DNA of 64,000 nt from Brachyspira murdochii. GTDB taxonomy: Bacteria > Spirochaetota > JAAYUW01. How positions within the stretch are numbered: position 1 is the first letter of the stretch; the number at the start of each line of letters is the position of its first letter. Positions 20,900 through 32,737 of this stretch are shown one piece after another. The DNA lies in contig DYJT01000010.1 of NCBI GenBank assembly GCA_020722965.1, positions 1,469 to 65,468 of the forward strand. Direction: 5' to 3'. The notes beneath the pieces were generated by a model. The model made no database searches, had not been told where the DNA came from, and was given only the letters and a program-made list of their open reading frames with translations. The translations under genes were made by a program, and so were the position numbers.

Positions 20900-21451
20900 T
20901 TATTTACCAGCAGTTTTCTTACCAGTCTTTCTAATTGGATTTTCACCCTCAAACCTAAAACCTTTTCCTCTATAAACATCAGGTTTTTTTAAATCCCGAA
21001 CTTTTTGAACAAATAAACCCAAAGCTTCTTTATCACAACTAGAAAAAATTATTTTAGTCTGATCTATTTTAACATCAATCATTGGAGGAATTGGGAAATT
21101 AACTACATGGGATAGACCTATTTCAAATTCTATATTTTTACCTTTTAATACAGCTTTATAACCTACTCCATATAGCATAAGAGCTTTTGTAAAACCATTT
21201 AAAACACCTTCAATCAAAGAGTTTACCATTCTAACTGTGGTGCCTAACATCGCTTTTTTAGTATTATCATTTCCCTTATATTGAAAATTTAAATTTGAAC
21301 CATCGTGCTTTATTTCAACATCATTTCTGATTGTTTTAATTATTGATCCTTTTGGTCCTTTTACCTCTATCTTATAAAATGTGCCATCATCTTGAATTGA
21401 AACTTTTACATCAGAAGGAATAACCAAAGGTTTTTTTGCTAATCGGGTCAT
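20900..21451 (-). CDS. rplF: 50S ribosomal protein L6
   Basis: 183 aa, two L6 alpha/beta repeats. Confidence 0.95.
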   Translation of the reverse strand: MTRLAKKPLVIPSDVKVSIQDDGTFYKIEVKGPKGSIIKTIRNDVEIKHDGSNLNFQYKGNDNTKKAMLGTTVRMVNSLIEGVLNGFTKALMLYGVGYKAVLKGKNIEFEIGLSHVVNFPIPPMIDVKIDQTKIIFSSCDKEALGLFVQKVRDLKKPDVYRGKGFRFEGENPIRKTGKKTAGK

Positions 21452-21480
21452 TTTTATCTCCTGCTTATCTTAATTTGCTT

Positions 21481-21885
21481 TTACCATATATAAAAAAGAT
21501 ATTCTCCACCAACATTCTCTTTTCTAGCATCTTTATCAGATAAAATGCCTTTACTTGTGGAGTAAATACCGACTGCAAAGCCATTCATAATCGGTTTTAT
21601 ATCTTCAACTGAATGATATACTCTTCTAGAAGGTTTAGATACTCTTTTAATACCGTTTATAACGGGTTTTCTGTCTGAAGTATATTTCAAAACAACATGA
21701 ATTTGTTTAACATCAGAATTAGATGTATATGATTCAATTGAAAAATCATGTACAAAACCCTTCTTTTTCAAGATACCTAAAATTGATTCTTTTAATTTTG
21801 AATAAGTAATTGTAATATCTGGCTTAAAAGCCATCTGCGCATTGAATATTTTTGTTGTCATTTCACTAATTGGATCTGAATACAT
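21481..21885 (-). CDS. rpsH: 30S ribosomal protein S8
   Basis: MYSDPISEMTTKIFNAQMA... Confidence 0.95.
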   Translation of the reverse strand: MYSDPISEMTTKIFNAQMAFKPDITITYSKLKESILGILKKKGFVHDFSIESYTSNSDVKQIHVVLKYTSDRKPVINGIKRVSKPSRRVYHSVEDIKPIMNGFAVGIYSTSKGILSDKDARKENVGGEYLFYIW

Positions 21886-21895
21886 CTTGCACTCC

Positions 21896-22081
21896 TTACC
21901 ATGAAGACTTTTTTAAACCAGGAATTTTACCTTCTCCTGCTAATTTTCTTAGACAGATTCTACAAATTCCGAAATCTCTATAATAGGCTCTAGGTTTACC
22001 GCATATTTTGCACCTATTATGTTTACGAATATCGTATTTTGGTTTTCTATTAGATTTTTCAACCATTGCCTTTCTTGCCAT
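21896..22081 (-). CDS. rpsZ: 30S ribosomal protein S14 type Z (zinc-binding, 61 aa)
   Basis: CKICGKP...CRICLR zinc ribbon; position between rplE and rpsH. Confidence 0.95.
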   Translation of the reverse strand: MARKAMVEKSNRKPKYDIRKHNRCKICGKPRAYYRDFGICRICLRKLAGEGKIPGLKKSSW

Positions 22082-22086
22082 TTATA

Positions 22087-22626
22087 TTACCTCCTGAATG
22101 GAACACCCAAACCCGCAAGCAATTCTTTGCATTCTGCATCTGTTTTTGCAGTAGTAACAATAGTAATTGAAAGTCCTCTGATTTTCTCTGTAGATTCAAA
22201 TTCTATCTCAGGGAATATGGTATGCTCTTTAATACCAAGCGTAAAGTTACCTTTTCCATCGAAACCTTTAACAGGTATTCCTTTGAAATCCCTGATTCTT
22301 GGAAGAGCGACATTGATAAACTTGTAAAGAAATTCCCACATCCTCTCTCTTCTTAAAGTAACTTTTACACCTAATTCCTGCCCCTGTCTAACCTTAAACT
22401 GGTTTATAGATTTTTTAGCCTTTGTTTTTATCGCTTTCTGACCTGCTATTTTTTCAATATCTTTAATTGCCTCATCAACATATTTTCTGTCAATAACAGC
22501 TTCACTAACACCGACATTTAATACTACCTTTTCTACCCTTGGAACCTGCATAACAGAAGAGTAATTAAATTTCTCTTTGAGTAATGGGACAACTTCATTA
22601 TTATATTTTTCTTTTAAGTGAGCCAT
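22087..22626 (-). CDS. rplE: 50S ribosomal protein L5
   Basis: 179 aa canonical L5. Confidence 0.95.
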   Translation of the reverse strand: MAHLKEKYNNEVVPLLKEKFNYSSVMQVPRVEKVVLNVGVSEAVIDRKYVDEAIKDIEKIAGQKAIKTKAKKSINQFKVRQGQELGVKVTLRRERMWEFLYKFINVALPRIRDFKGIPVKGFDGKGNFTLGIKEHTIFPEIEFESTEKIRGLSITIVTTAKTDAECKELLAGLGVPFRR

Positions 22627-22650
22627 ATATTATACCTCTTCATAACTGTA

Positions 22651-22962
22651 CTAATCAATATCTTTTCCGCATTTTCTGCAAAAACGTTTATGATCTTCAT
22701 CATCTCTTCTTCCTAATCTAGCAGGTTTCTTGCAATGCGGACAAACAACCATAACATTGGATATATGAATAGGAACTTCCCTTTCGGCAAAATTCTTATC
22801 CATCATCTGATCCTGTTGTCTAATAGTTTTTTTTCTGAGATTGACATTAGAAATTAATACTCTATTAGCCTCAGGATAGACGGCAATAACTTTTCCTTTC
22901 TTCCCTTTATCTTTACCTGCAATGACAATTACATTATCATCTTTTTTAATTTTAAGTTTCAT
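22651..22962 (-). CDS. rplX: 50S ribosomal protein L24 (with CxxC...CxxC in C-terminal region)
   Basis: KOW motif VIAGKDKGKKGKV; C-terminal CPHCKK...CRKCGK. Confidence 0.9.
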   Translation of the reverse strand: MKLKIKKDDNVIVIAGKDKGKKGKVIAVYPEANRVLISNVNLRKKTIRQQDQMMDKNFAEREVPIHISNVMVVCPHCKKPARLGRRDDEDHKRFCRKCGKDID

Positions 22963-22973
22963 ATAACCCTCAC

Positions 22974-23342
22974 TTATAGTACTTCTGGGGCAAGAGATAT
23001 TATTTTCGCAAAATCTCTATCCCTTAGCTCTCTTGCGATAGGTCCAAAAATACGAGTACCAATAGGATTTTTATCTTTATCAACTATACAAGCAGCATTT
23101 TCGTCGAATCTTATGCATGAGCCATCGTTTCTTTTAATTACATCTTTTGTCCTTACAATAACAGCTTTTACTATTTGCCCTTTTTTTATATTTGAATTTG
23201 GAATCGCCGCAAAAACTGAACAAACGATTATATCTCCAATATGGGCATACCTAATTTTAGAATGATTTAATACCTTTATACATTTCAACAACTTTGCTCC
23301 GCTGTTATCTGCGACTTTGAGTATTGTCTCTTGTTGAATCAT
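22974..23342 (-). CDS. rplN: 50S ribosomal protein L14
   Basis: [17 protein letters not shown]. Confidence 0.95.
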   Translation of the reverse strand: MIQQETILKVADNSGAKLLKCIKVLNHSKIRYAHIGDIIVCSVFAAIPNSNIKKGQIVKAVIVRTKDVIKRNDGSCIRFDENAACIVDKDKNPIGTRIFGPIARELRDRDFAKIISLAPEVL

Positions 23343-23356
23343 GGTACACCTCTTTA

Positions 23357-23620
23357 TTAACCTTGTTTTTTAACTATTTCAATAAGTTCAAAATACTTTG
23401 TAGCGGAAAGTGGTCTTGTTTCTCCAATAAGAACGACATCGCCTTCTTTAGCACTATTGTTTTCATCATGAACTTTATATTTTTTCCATTGCTTAACATA
23501 TTTCTTATAGATAGGATGCATTTTCAAGGTTTCAACCTTAACCACTACGGTTTTATCCATTTTGTCAGATACAACAACACCTTGAAAATATTTTCTATGA
23601 GATTGCTTTTTTTCCATCAT
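23357..23620 (-). CDS. rpsQ: 30S ribosomal protein S17
   Basis: 87 aa, [17 protein letters not shown]. Confidence 0.95.
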   Translation of the reverse strand: MMEKKQSHRKYFQGVVVSDKMDKTVVVKVETLKMHPIYKKYVKQWKKYKVHDENNSAKEGDVVLIGETRPLSATKYFELIEIVKKQG

Positions 23621-23628
23621 GTATCTCC

Positions 23629-23829
23629 TTAAAGTGAAATGCCTCTTTGATGAAGTACCATTTTATATCTGGCAATTTGCTTTTTAATCTTTTTTAATTG
23701 AGAAGTATCTTTAACTTCACCATATTCAGCCTTGACTCGTAAATCTACTAATTTCCTGGATAATTCATTCAAGATATTTAATATCTCTTCACTCTTCGCA
23801 TTAACAATATCTGCTATATCTTTTTTCAT
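23629..23829 (-). CDS. rpmC: 50S ribosomal protein L29
   Basis: start trimmed to MKKDIADIV (2 nt after rplP stop); [12 protein letters not shown]. Confidence 0.85.
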   Translation of the reverse strand: MKKDIADIVNAKSEEILNILNELSRKLVDLRVKAEYGEVKDTSQLKKIKKQIARYKMVLHQRGISL

Positions 23830-23831
23830 GA

Positions 23832-24257
23832 TTAGACCCCTGTTAAAATGGTTCTTTTGATTATTTTGCATTTAATGGGTAATTTAAATGATGCCTGTTT
23901 AAGAGCTTCTAATGCGTCATTTTCATTGATCTGCCCTCCAAGCTCATAAAGGATTGCACCTCTTTTAATCCTTGCAACATAATGATCAACAGCACCTTTA
24001 CCCTTACCCATTCTTGTCTCAAGAGGCTTTTTAGTATAAGGAATATCTGGAAAAATCTTTATCCACAATTTAACAGCGCCTTTTGCATTTCTTGTTATAG
24101 TGATTCTCGCTGCTTCAATCTGATTTGGAGTCAAATATCCACTTTCTAGAGCAACAAGAGCATAATCACCAAAAGCAATCTTGTTATTTCTTGTCGCTTC
24201 ACCTTTATTTCTTCCTCTTTGAAGCTTCCTATATTTTGTTCTAGCGGGTTGTAACAT
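23832..24257 (-). CDS. rplP: 50S ribosomal protein L16
   Basis: MLQPARTKYRKLQRGRNKG. Confidence 0.95.
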   Translation of the reverse strand: MLQPARTKYRKLQRGRNKGEATRNNKIAFGDYALVALESGYLTPNQIEAARITITRNAKGAVKLWIKIFPDIPYTKKPLETRMGKGKGAVDHYVARIKRGAILYELGGQINENDALEALKQASFKLPIKCKIIKRTILTGV

Positions 24258-24921
24258 GAGTATCTCCTTTCACATTATCAACATCACCAAGATAAATCCA
24301 TACTTTAATCCCTATTATCCCAAGTGTAACTAAAGCCTCAGAAACAGCGTAATCAATCTTTGCTTTTAAGGTAGAAAGAGGAATCTGACCATCGGAAAAC
24401 TGCTCTGTTCTGGCTATTTCAGCGCCACCAAGTCTTCCAGAAACTTTAACTCTGATACCAAGGGCGCCACTTTTCATGGCGTTTTCCATTGCTTTTTTGA
24501 TCGCCTTCTTATAGTTAGCCCTGCTTTCAATAGCTGTTTTAATGCTTTCTCCAACCAATACAGCTGAAGTATATCTTTCTTTAACCTCTTGAATAGAGAT
24601 TTTAACATTATCGGGCTTGACAGTTTTAATAACTTTTTTAATCAATTGCTGACGAAGGTCCTCAATAGTTTTTCCCTTTTGCCCTGCAACTACACCTGGT
24701 CTTGCTGTATGGATAATTATCTTTAAAATGTCTATTTCTCTTATAATTTCAATCTGCGCTATTGCTGCATCTTTTAACATCTTTAATATAAAAGATCTTA
24801 TTTTTTGATCTTCAACTAATTTGCTAGCATAATCTTCATGATTAAATTTCGCAACCCATTTAGATTGCCACCTTGTAGAAATACCAAGTCTTAAACCTAC
24901 AGGATTTACTTTTTGACCCAT
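24241..24921 (-). CDS. rpsC: 30S ribosomal protein S3
   Basis: MGQKVNPVGLRLGISTRWQSKW. Confidence 0.95.
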   Translation of the reverse strand: MGQKVNPVGLRLGISTRWQSKWVAKFNHEDYASKLVEDQKIRSFILKMLKDAAIAQIEIIREIDILKIIIHTARPGVVAGQKGKTIEDLRQQLIKKVIKTVKPDNVKISIQEVKERYTSAVLVGESIKTAIESRANYKKAIKKAMENAMKSGALGIRVKVSGRLGGAEIARTEQFSDGQIPLSTLKAKIDYAVSEALVTLGIIGIKVWIYLGDVDNVKGDTHVTTR

Positions 24922-25302
24922 TTATTTCCCCCTTGCCTCATTGTTATTAGCTCTCTCGTTAGAAATCTCAACATAGATATGAGAATTCCTTTTTGAGATA
25001 ACATCAGCATGTCCTCTTCCTCTTCTTCGAAGCCTTTTATAAGTCGGGGCTTTTAAAACCGAAATTCTCTCGACTGTAAATGTTGAATCATCAACATCGA
25101 TATTATGAGTAGTAGCCATGCTAATCATATTTGCTTTAGCAGATTCGAGAGCTTTCTTTAAAACCTTAGCACCTTTAGTATTAACGAAAGTTAATCTATT
25201 GATTGCTTCATTTACAAGCATTCCAGGGGGTACTTCTCTAGAATACCTTAGAACTTTTGTTTGAGAAACTCTAATAAATTTTTCAATTGCTCTTGATTTC
25301 AT
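24922..25302 (-). CDS. rplV: 50S ribosomal protein L22
   Basis: 126 aa; position between rpsS and rpsC. Confidence 0.9.
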   Translation of the reverse strand: MKSRAIEKFIRVSQTKVLRYSREVPPGMLVNEAINRLTFVNTKGAKVLKKALESAKANMISMATTHNIDVDDSTFTVERISVLKAPTYKRLRRRGRGHADVISKRNSHIYVEISNERANNNEARGK

Positions 25303-25320
25303 AAAACATTTCCTTTCTTT

Positions 25321-25605
25321 TTACTTGGCTTGAGCAACTTTTTCAGAAGTTCTATGACCTTTGAACATTCTGGTTGGTGCAAATTCGCCTAATTTATGAC
25401 CTATCATATGTTCTGTAATAAATACCGGAACAAATTTTTTACCATTATATACATTGATAGTAAAACCGATCATTTCAGGTATTATTGTGGATTCCCTGGA
25501 CCATGTTTTTAAAGTTTTTTGTGCATTTGAGCCTTTAGATAACTCGGTAATTTTCTTAAAAAGACTATTTTCAACATATGGTCCCTTTTTTATGGATCGT
25601 GACAT
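25321..25605 (-). CDS. rpsS: 30S ribosomal protein S19
   Basis: [12 protein letters not shown]... Confidence 0.95.
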   Translation of the reverse strand: MSRSIKKGPYVENSLFKKITELSKGSNAQKTLKTWSRESTIIPEMIGFTINVYNGKKFVPVFITEHMIGHKLGEFAPTRMFKGHRTSEKVAQAK

Positions 25606-25625
25606 ATTCTATCTCCTAATAACTA

Positions 25626-26447
25626 TTACTTTCGTCTTTTTATGATAAAAACGGATGTACGATTTTTCTTCTTTCTTGTCTTGTACCCTTTTGCAGGTGT
25701 TCCCCACGGAGATTGAGGGTGATTACCCTTACCTCTACCTTCTCCACCACCCATTGGGTGATCGATTGGGTTCATTGCCACACCTCTAACTTTAGGTCTT
25801 TTACCAAGCCATCTGTTTCTACCTGCCTTTCCAATGACAACATTCTTTTGATCTATATTAGAAACAACTCCAATTGTTGCATAGCATTTTGAAAAAACAT
25901 ATCTTATTTCACCAGAAGGCATTGTAAGAACAGCATAATCTTTTTCGAAACCAGATAATTGACAAAATGTTCCAGCGGCTCTTGCAAGTTGTCCGCCTTT
26001 TCCTGGATGCATCTCAATATTATGGACCAATGTACCTACTGGTATTTTAGCCAAAGGAAGTGAGTTACCTAATTTTATTGGAGCATCTTCTCCTTCGGTT
26101 ATTTTATCACCAACTTTGATCCCATCTGGTGCCAATATATACCTTCTTATACCATTTTCATAACATAAAAGAGCTATTCTTGCCGTTCTATTTGGATCAT
26201 ATTCTATGGATTCAACTTTAGCTGTTAAGTTAAACATATCCCTTTTAAAAGAAATAATTCTATAACATCTTTTGTGACCCGCACCTTTTCTTCGCATTGT
26301 TACTCTACCAAGATTATTTCTCCCCGATTTTTCTGGAATATAAGTGGTCAGTTTCTTATAAGGCTTGTCTTTAGTAATTTCAGAAAAATCTGAGGATGTC
26401 TTAAATCTTTGACTTGGTGTAATAGGTCTATAAGTTTTTAATCCCAT
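25626..26447 (-). CDS. rplB: 50S ribosomal protein L2
   Basis: 273 aa; [29 protein letters not shown]. Confidence 0.95.
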   Translation of the reverse strand: MGLKTYRPITPSQRFKTSSDFSEITKDKPYKKLTTYIPEKSGRNNLGRVTMRRKGAGHKRCYRIISFKRDMFNLTAKVESIEYDPNRTARIALLCYENGIRRYILAPDGIKVGDKITEGEDAPIKLGNSLPLAKIPVGTLVHNIEMHPGKGGQLARAAGTFCQLSGFEKDYAVLTMPSGEIRYVFSKCYATIGVVSNIDQKNVVIGKAGRNRWLGKRPKVRGVAMNPIDHPMGGGEGRGKGNHPQSPWGTPAKGYKTRKKKNRTSVFIIKRRK

Positions 26448-26457
26448 GATAACCTCA

Positions 26458-26751
26458 CTATTCTACAATCAATTCTTTAATTTGTTGCCCTTTGGCAATT
26501 GTAACAATTGCTTTTTTCCTGAAATTTGTATATCCAGGATGAAATCTATCTCTTTGTTTTGGTTTTCTTGGTAAATTAACAATACTTACGCTTTTAACCT
26601 TAACATTGAAAAGATTTTTAACGGCTTCAGCTATTAATTTTTTATTTGCTTCATGATGAACATAGAAGGTATATTTATTCTGCTTTTGCAAATTAGTAGA
26701 TTTTTCATTAAAAGCTGGTTTATAAATAATATCATGATATTCAAGTTTCAT
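26458..26751 (-). CDS. rplW: 50S ribosomal protein L23
   Basis: 97 aa, position and sequence. Confidence 0.9.
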   Translation of the reverse strand: MKLEYHDIIYKPAFNEKSTNLQKQNKYTFYVHHEANKKLIAEAVKNLFNVKVKSVSIVNLPRKPKQRDRFHPGYTNFRKKAIVTIAKGQQIKELIVE

Positions 26752-26782
26752 TATTCTTTCCTTCTATTTTAATATCTTTTAT

Positions 26783-27487
26783 TTATGATACTGAACTAAC
26801 CTTTGGAGTAACCAATGGAAGATATTTTTCTTCGAGATAATGTAAAGCGCTAGCGGTAATATAAATTTCTTTAGAATAGAATAATTCTTTTGCAGATAAA
26901 TTATTCCAATGTAAAGTTGTAATATTACTTAAATTTTGAGAAGCCAATTTTATATTTCTATCATTTTCAGAAATAGTTAGTACCTGAGAATTATCAATAT
27001 TGCTCATGAATTTCTTGTCGCCATAGATAAGAACGGTTTTATTATTTATTTCGAATGGTTTAATAATTTTTTCAAGATTTTTGGTTTTAATATCATCAAG
27101 AATTATATCCTCGATTATCTTAATCTGTTTTTTCTTCATCTTTAATGAAAAAATAGAGATATAAGCAAGCTTCTTCATCTTCTTATTAATTTTTTTTCTG
27201 TATGATCTTGGATGTGGTCCGAAAGCTACACCACCCTTTCGCCATACTGGATTTCTTTTTGTACCTACTCTTGCCCTACCAGTTCCCTTTTGTCTCCATG
27301 GTTTTGCGCCAGAACCTTCTACTTCAGCCTTGGTTTTTGTATCTGCTACACCAGCTCTTTTATTTGCTTCTTCGCAGGTAACTGCTAACCAGATAAGATA
27401 ATTATTCACTTTTGCATTAAACATTAAATCGGAAACTTGAACTTCTTCTTTGGGTTTATTTTCTAGTGTATAAATTGTTATTTGCAT
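26783..27487 (-). CDS. rplD: 50S ribosomal protein L4
   Basis: GSGAKPWRQKGTGRARVG. Confidence 0.95.
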   Translation of the reverse strand: MQITIYTLENKPKEEVQVSDLMFNAKVNNYLIWLAVTCEEANKRAGVADTKTKAEVEGSGAKPWRQKGTGRARVGTKRNPVWRKGGVAFGPHPRSYRKKINKKMKKLAYISIFSLKMKKKQIKIIEDIILDDIKTKNLEKIIKPFEINNKTVLIYGDKKFMSNIDNSQVLTISENDRNIKLASQNLSNITTLHWNNLSAKELFYSKEIYITASALHYLEEKYLPLVTPKVSSVS

Positions 27488-27526
27488 AGTTTTTCCCTTC
27501 CTTTGTAAGGAATATTAAATTTATTA

Positions 27527-28186
27527 TTATTGTTTTTTTGAAGATTTTTTAACGAAAACCAGATTATTTTTACCACCAGGGACAGCACCTTTTACAAGTA
27601 GAATATTATCTTCCTTTAAAAGTTTTACTACCTTCAAATTTTGTACTGTTATCTGCTGGTTACCATCATGTCCTGGCATCTTCTTAAAAGGGTATACTCG
27701 TCCTGGTTGTTCTCTCATCGCTGTACCACCCATGCCTCTATGAAATTTTGAACCATGGGTCATTCTACCTCGGGAAGCATTATGACGCTTAACCATACCT
27801 GCGAATCCATGCCCTTTGGTTTTCCCAACTATATCAACATATTTGGTATTTTCAAAAATTGAAACATTTAAATCATCACCAATATTTATGTTCATCTCAT
27901 TATCAGCTAATTTAAATTCATGAATAATGGCTTTTGGTGTAATTTTCTTATTTTCATCTTTTAATTTTTGATTTATAGATTCGAAATATCCTCTTTTTGG
28001 AGAGTCAAGTTTATTTTCTTTTAATTCTTCAAATCCTATCTTTATGGCATTATAACCATGCGTATCTTTATTTTTTATTTCAAGAACAGTACATGGGCCA
28101 AGTTTAATAACTGTTACCGGAATCTGTTTACCTGATTCGTCATAAATTTCAGTCATGCCTATTTTTCTTCCTATTAAGCCCATCAT
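27527..28186 (-). CDS. rplC: 50S ribosomal protein L3
   Basis: GLIGRKIGMTEIYDESGK. Confidence 0.95.
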   Translation of the reverse strand: MMGLIGRKIGMTEIYDESGKQIPVTVIKLGPCTVLEIKNKDTHGYNAIKIGFEELKENKLDSPKRGYFESINQKLKDENKKITPKAIIHEFKLADNEMNINIGDDLNVSIFENTKYVDIVGKTKGHGFAGMVKRHNASRGRMTHGSKFHRGMGGTAMREQPGRVYPFKKMPGHDGNQQITVQNLKVVKLLKEDNILLVKGAVPGGKNNLVFVKKSSKKQ

Positions 28187-28242
28187 ATTTAACCTCTTTT
28201 GAATTATAATTTTGATTATTTTACTTAAAATTAAATTAAAAA

Positions 28243-28554
28243 TTATAGTTGTTTAACTTCTGCATAAACACCCTGTGGTAATTCAAGCCCCATCAAGGCA
28301 TTTTTAGCATCATCAGAAGGTTCAACAATATCTATCATTCTTTTATGTATTCTAATTTCGAATTGCTCTCTACTTTCAATATTTACAAAAGGTGATCTAA
28401 GCACAGTATATTTTTTAATTTTTGTTGGAAGTGGAATTGGTCCTTTAACTGTTGCTTTAGCTTTTTTTAATGTTTTAACAATATCTTGTGCCGATTTATC
28501 AAGAATTACGTGATCATAACCTTGTAATTTAATTCTAATTTTTGTGCTTTTCAC
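28243..28554 (-). CDS. rpsJ: 30S ribosomal protein S10
   Basis: GTG start at 28554 with GGAGG 6 nt upstream (track ORF begins at an RBS-less ATG 28575); [15 protein letters not shown]. Confidence 0.9.
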   Translation of the reverse strand: MKSTKIRIKLQGYDHVILDKSAQDIVKTLKKAKATVKGPIPLPTKIKKYTVLRSPFVNIESREQFEIRIHKRMIDIVEPSDDAKNALMGLELPQGVYAEVKQL

Positions 28555-28606
28555 AAATTGCCTCCAGGATAACATTTAATGTGGGGAAATTAATCCCCCA
28601 CATATT

Positions 28607-29824
28607 TTATTCAATAATTTCTGCTACAACTCCAGCACCTACTGTTCTACCACCTTCTCTTATAGCGAATCTTAATCCTTTTTCCATAGCTACTGTATAG
28701 ATAAGTTCTACAGTCATAAGAACATTCTGCCCTGGTTGAGCAACCTGCTCTTCTTCGTTTGTCTGGACATTCTGGATTTTTGCAATAGTGCCTGTAACAT
28801 CTGTTGTTCTAAAATAAAACTGAGGTCTATAACCGACCGCAAACTGGGTATGTCTTCCACCTTCTTCTTTTGAAAGAATATAAACCTGAGCGACGAATTT
28901 CTTATGTGGTGTTATGCTTTTAGGTGCGGCTATAACCATACCTCTTTCAACCTCATCTTTTTCTACACCTCTTAGAAGAAGTCCAATATTGTCGCCTGCC
29001 ATACCTTCATCAAGTTCTTTTCTGAACATTTCGACACCGGTAATAACTGTCTCTTTTGTTTCGCCAAAACCGACAATTTCAACCTTATCATTTACATGAA
29101 TTCGACCTCTATCTACTCTACCTGTTACGACAGTACCTCTTCCTTTAATTGAGAAAATATCTTCGATAGGCATCAAAAATGGTTTATCAAGTTCTCTTAC
29201 AGGATCCGGAAAATATTCATCCATAGCCTTCAAAAGTGCGCCAATAGGCTGCCATTCTTCTGAATTAATGTCGTTTCCTTCATATTCCATAGCTCTTTTA
29301 GCCGAACCTCTGATAACAGGAATTTCTTTTCCAGGAAAATTATATTTTGAAAGAAGTTCTCTTGTTTCTTCTTCTGCTAAATCGATAAGTTCTGGATCTG
29401 GAACCATATCTACTTTGTTAAGGAAAACAATTACTGAAGGCACATTAACCTGTCTTGCAAGAAGAATATGTTCTCTTGTTTGAGCCTCAGGGCCTTCGTT
29501 TGCAGAAACTAAAAGAATAGCACCATCCATCTGAGCTGCACCAGTAATCATGTTTTTGATATAGTCAGCATGCCCCGGGCAATCTATATGAGCATAGTGT
29601 CTTTTTTCACTTTCATATTCAACATGCTGAGTATTGATGGTAATACCACGAGCCTTTTCTTCTGGAGCATTATCAATTTCATCATATTTTTTAGCAACTG
29701 CTCTACCTAAAGTTGCACAATATCTTGTAATAGCAGAAGTAAGTGTCGTTTTACCATGATCAATATGCCCAATTGTTCCAACATTCATGTGTGGTTTACT
29801 TCGGTTAAACTTTTCTTTTGCCAT
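28607..29824 (-). CDS. tuf: elongation factor Tu
   Basis: [29 protein letters not shown]... Confidence 0.97.
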   Translation of the reverse strand: MAKEKFNRSKPHMNVGTIGHIDHGKTTLTSAITRYCATLGRAVAKKYDEIDNAPEEKARGITINTQHVEYESEKRHYAHIDCPGHADYIKNMITGAAQMDGAILLVSANEGPEAQTREHILLARQVNVPSVIVFLNKVDMVPDPELIDLAEEETRELLSKYNFPGKEIPVIRGSAKRAMEYEGNDINSEEWQPIGALLKAMDEYFPDPVRELDKPFLMPIEDIFSIKGRGTVVTGRVDRGRIHVNDKVEIVGFGETKETVITGVEMFRKELDEGMAGDNIGLLLRGVEKDEVERGMVIAAPKSITPHKKFVAQVYILSKEEGGRHTQFAVGYRPQFYFRTTDVTGTIAKIQNVQTNEEEQVAQPGQNVLMTVELIYTVAMEKGLRFAIREGGRTVGAGVVAEIIE

Positions 29825-29965
29825 TTTTATTTCCTCCTAAAATAATAAAAAAATCTTTAATCAACCAAAATTCTCGAAATCAATATCATTTCTATTTAAA
29901 AAGACAATAATCTTGTCTTATAACCCATTATCTTAAATTTCTTATTTGTTTTTTTATAAGAAAAA

Positions 29966-32032
29966 TTATTTTAACAATTCTTTTACAATGGATTGCGGAA
30001 CTTCATTATAATGACTTAGCATCATCGTATAAGTTCCTCTACCCTGTGTCTTTGACCTTAAGACAGTCGCGTAACCGAACATTGAACTTAATGGCACTTC
30101 TGCTTTTATTGTTTTACCGCCAACAGAATCTGACATTCCATGAATCTTACCTCTTCGGCCATTTAAATCACCCATTACCTCGCCAAGGTATTCATCTGGA
30201 ATGATTACTTCTAATGCCATTATTGGTTCAAGAAGAATAGGATCAGCTTGTTTGCAAGCATCTTTGAAAGCCATTGACCCTGCAATCTGAAAAGCTAGAT
30301 CCGAAGAATCAACCTCATGATATGAACCATCAAGCAAGTTAACACGCACATCTGTCACAGGATATCCACCAAGCACTCCATTCTCTATAGCAGATTCAAT
30401 TCCTTTTTTTACAGATGGGATAAACTCTCTTGGAATTCTTCCTGCAACAATCTTATCTACAAATTCAAATCCTTTTCCTCTACCTAAGGGTTCAACTTCG
30501 ACAATAACATGCCCATATTGCCCTTTTCCACCAGATTGTCTTATATATTTGCCTTCCGCTTTTACCTTTTTATTAATGGTTTCCCTGTACGCAACCTGGG
30601 GTGCTCCGATGTTCGCCTCAACTTTATACTCTCTTTTTATTCTGTCAACAATTATTTCTAAATGTAGCTCACCCATTCCTCTAATTATTGTTTGACCGGT
30701 TTCTTCATTTACATTTATCTTAAATGTAGGATCTTCTTCCGCTAATTTACCTAAGGCTATGGATAGTTTATCATACTCTGCCTTTGTTTTTGGTTCGATT
30801 GCAACAGAGATAACAGGATCAGGGAAATCCATCGATTCAAGAATAATTGGGCTATGATGCAAACAAAGAGTATCGCCTGTTTGAGTGTTTTTTAAGCCTA
30901 TTAAACCGACTATATCTCCCGCTTTTGCTTCTTTAATTTCTTCTTTTTTATTGGCATGCATCAGTACAATTCTACCGATTCTTTCATTTTTTTCTTTAGA
31001 AGAATTATATACCTCATCGCCCTGAGAAATTTTACCAGAATAAATTCTTAAAAATGTTAGTTTACCTATATAAGGATCACTCATAATCTTAAAAGCCAAA
31101 CCAGCAAATGGTTCACTATCATTAGATTTTCTGGTTATCTTTTCTCTTGTTTTCGGGTGGACTCCCTCAACATCTGCTATATCAATCGGAGATGGAAGGT
31201 AATATACAATCGAATCTAACAAATTTTGGACACCAACATTTTTAAAAGAAGAACCACAGATCATTGGATAAAAATCCATATTTATCGTTCCCTTCCTGAT
31301 ACAGTATCTAATCTCTTCTTCAGATATTTTTTCACCCGAAAGATATTTTTCCAAAATTTTATCATCCTGTTCACAAACAGAGTCTAAAAGTTTTTCTTTA
31401 TACTCTAAAGCCAATTCTTTATATTCATCTGGAATTTCATGCTCAGAAAATGGTGAGTTACTTTCATAAGATTCCCATATTATAGCTTTCATCTTGATTA
31501 GATCTATTAAACCCTTAAAGTTAGATTCCGAACCAATAGGCAATTGAATTAATACTGGTTTTGCCCCTAGTTTATTTATTACATCATCTCTAACAGAATA
31601 GAAATTTGCCCCTACCCTATCCATCTTATTGGCATAAATTATTCTAGGGACTTTATATTTATTTGCCTGTCTCCAGACTGTTTCACTCTGTGGTTCGACA
31701 CCGCTAACTGAGCAAAAAACTGCAACAGCGCCATCGAGAACTCTAAGAGATCTTTCTACCTCTGCAGTAAAGTCGACATGTCCGGGAGTATCTATAATAT
31801 TAATTCTATGATCAAGCCAGAATGTAGTTGTGGCTGCAGATGTAATTGTAATCCCTCTTTCCTTTTCCTGGATCATCCAATCCATTTCTGCCGCACCATC
31901 ATGAACTTCACCAATTTTATAGGTTTTACCTGTATAATATAGGATTCTTTCTGTTGTAGTTGTTTTCCCGGCATCAATATGAGCCATTATACCAATATTT
32001 CTGTATTTTTCCAAAGAGATTTCTTCTAACAT
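29966..32032 (-). CDS. fusA: elongation factor G
   Basis: 688 aa; [20 protein letters not shown]. Confidence 0.97.
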   Translation of the reverse strand: MLEEISLEKYRNIGIMAHIDAGKTTTTERILYYTGKTYKIGEVHDGAAEMDWMIQEKERGITITSAATTTFWLDHRINIIDTPGHVDFTAEVERSLRVLDGAVAVFCSVSGVEPQSETVWRQANKYKVPRIIYANKMDRVGANFYSVRDDVINKLGAKPVLIQLPIGSESNFKGLIDLIKMKAIIWESYESNSPFSEHEIPDEYKELALEYKEKLLDSVCEQDDKILEKYLSGEKISEEEIRYCIRKGTINMDFYPMICGSSFKNVGVQNLLDSIVYYLPSPIDIADVEGVHPKTREKITRKSNDSEPFAGLAFKIMSDPYIGKLTFLRIYSGKISQGDEVYNSSKEKNERIGRIVLMHANKKEEIKEAKAGDIVGLIGLKNTQTGDTLCLHHSPIILESMDFPDPVISVAIEPKTKAEYDKLSIALGKLAEEDPTFKINVNEETGQTIIRGMGELHLEIIVDRIKREYKVEANIGAPQVAYRETINKKVKAEGKYIRQSGGKGQYGHVIVEVEPLGRGKGFEFVDKIVAGRIPREFIPSVKKGIESAIENGVLGGYPVTDVRVNLLDGSYHEVDSSDLAFQIAGSMAFKDACKQADPILLEPIMALEVIIPDEYLGEVMGDLNGRRGKIHGMSDSVGGKTIKAEVPLSSMFGYATVLRSKTQGRGTYTMMLSHYNEVPQSIVKELLK

Positions 32033-32245
32033 AAATAAACCTTATCCCTAATTGTAATAAATTATATATAAAAAGTGCAATACAAAGATAAATTCAAAAA
32101 ATTGAATTCTAATATATATTTTAAGAATGCGTGATGGAAAATACCTTATAATATTTTGATTTAAGGTATAAAAAGATAGCGAATAAAATAGCGAATTTTT
32201 TTCTCCAGCGCACGCAAACGATTATTATAAATTATTATAAATAAA

Positions 32246-32716
32246 TTACCATCTAAGATGAGCAAAAGCTCTATTTGCTTCAGCCATCTTATGGGTATCT
32301 TCTTTTTTCTTTATAGAAGAACCCTGATTTTTATATGCATCAATTAATTCATTAGCCAATTTTTCAGCCATACTTTTACCGCTTCTACTTCTAGCAAAGT
32401 TGATAATCCAATGGCTTGCAAGATAAAATTGTCTATATGAAGGAACTTCAACGGGTATCTGGTAAGTTGAGCCTCCAATTCTTCTAGATCTAACCTCTAC
32501 TATGGGTTTGACATTTTCGAGTGCTTTATGAAGAACATCTATAGGATCTTCATTTAGCCTTTCTTTAATGATATCTAATGCATCATATAGAACCGATTGA
32601 GCAGTAGTTTTTTTACCATCCCACATAAGATAGTTTATGAATTTAGTAGATTCATTATTTTTGTATTTAAAATCTAATCTTAAATTTCTTTCAATTCTTT
32701 TTTTCTTTCTACTCAT
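32246..32716 (-). CDS. rpsG: 30S ribosomal protein S7
   Basis: 156 aa canonical S7. Confidence 0.95.
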   Translation of the reverse strand: MSRKKKRIERNLRLDFKYKNNESTKFINYLMWDGKKTTAQSVLYDALDIIKERLNEDPIDVLHKALENVKPIVEVRSRRIGGSTYQIPVEVPSYRQFYLASHWIINFARSRSGKSMAEKLANELIDAYKNQGSSIKKKEDTHKMAEANRAFAHLRW

Positions 32717-32737
32717 GATCTTCTCCTGGAAATGACC

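Noticed and set aside
28555-28575. ATG start for rpsJ giving an MLSWRQF extension
   Set aside because: No RBS before the ATG, whereas the GGAGG lies inside this extension, 6 nt before an in-frame GTG; S10 length (103 aa) fits the GTG start.
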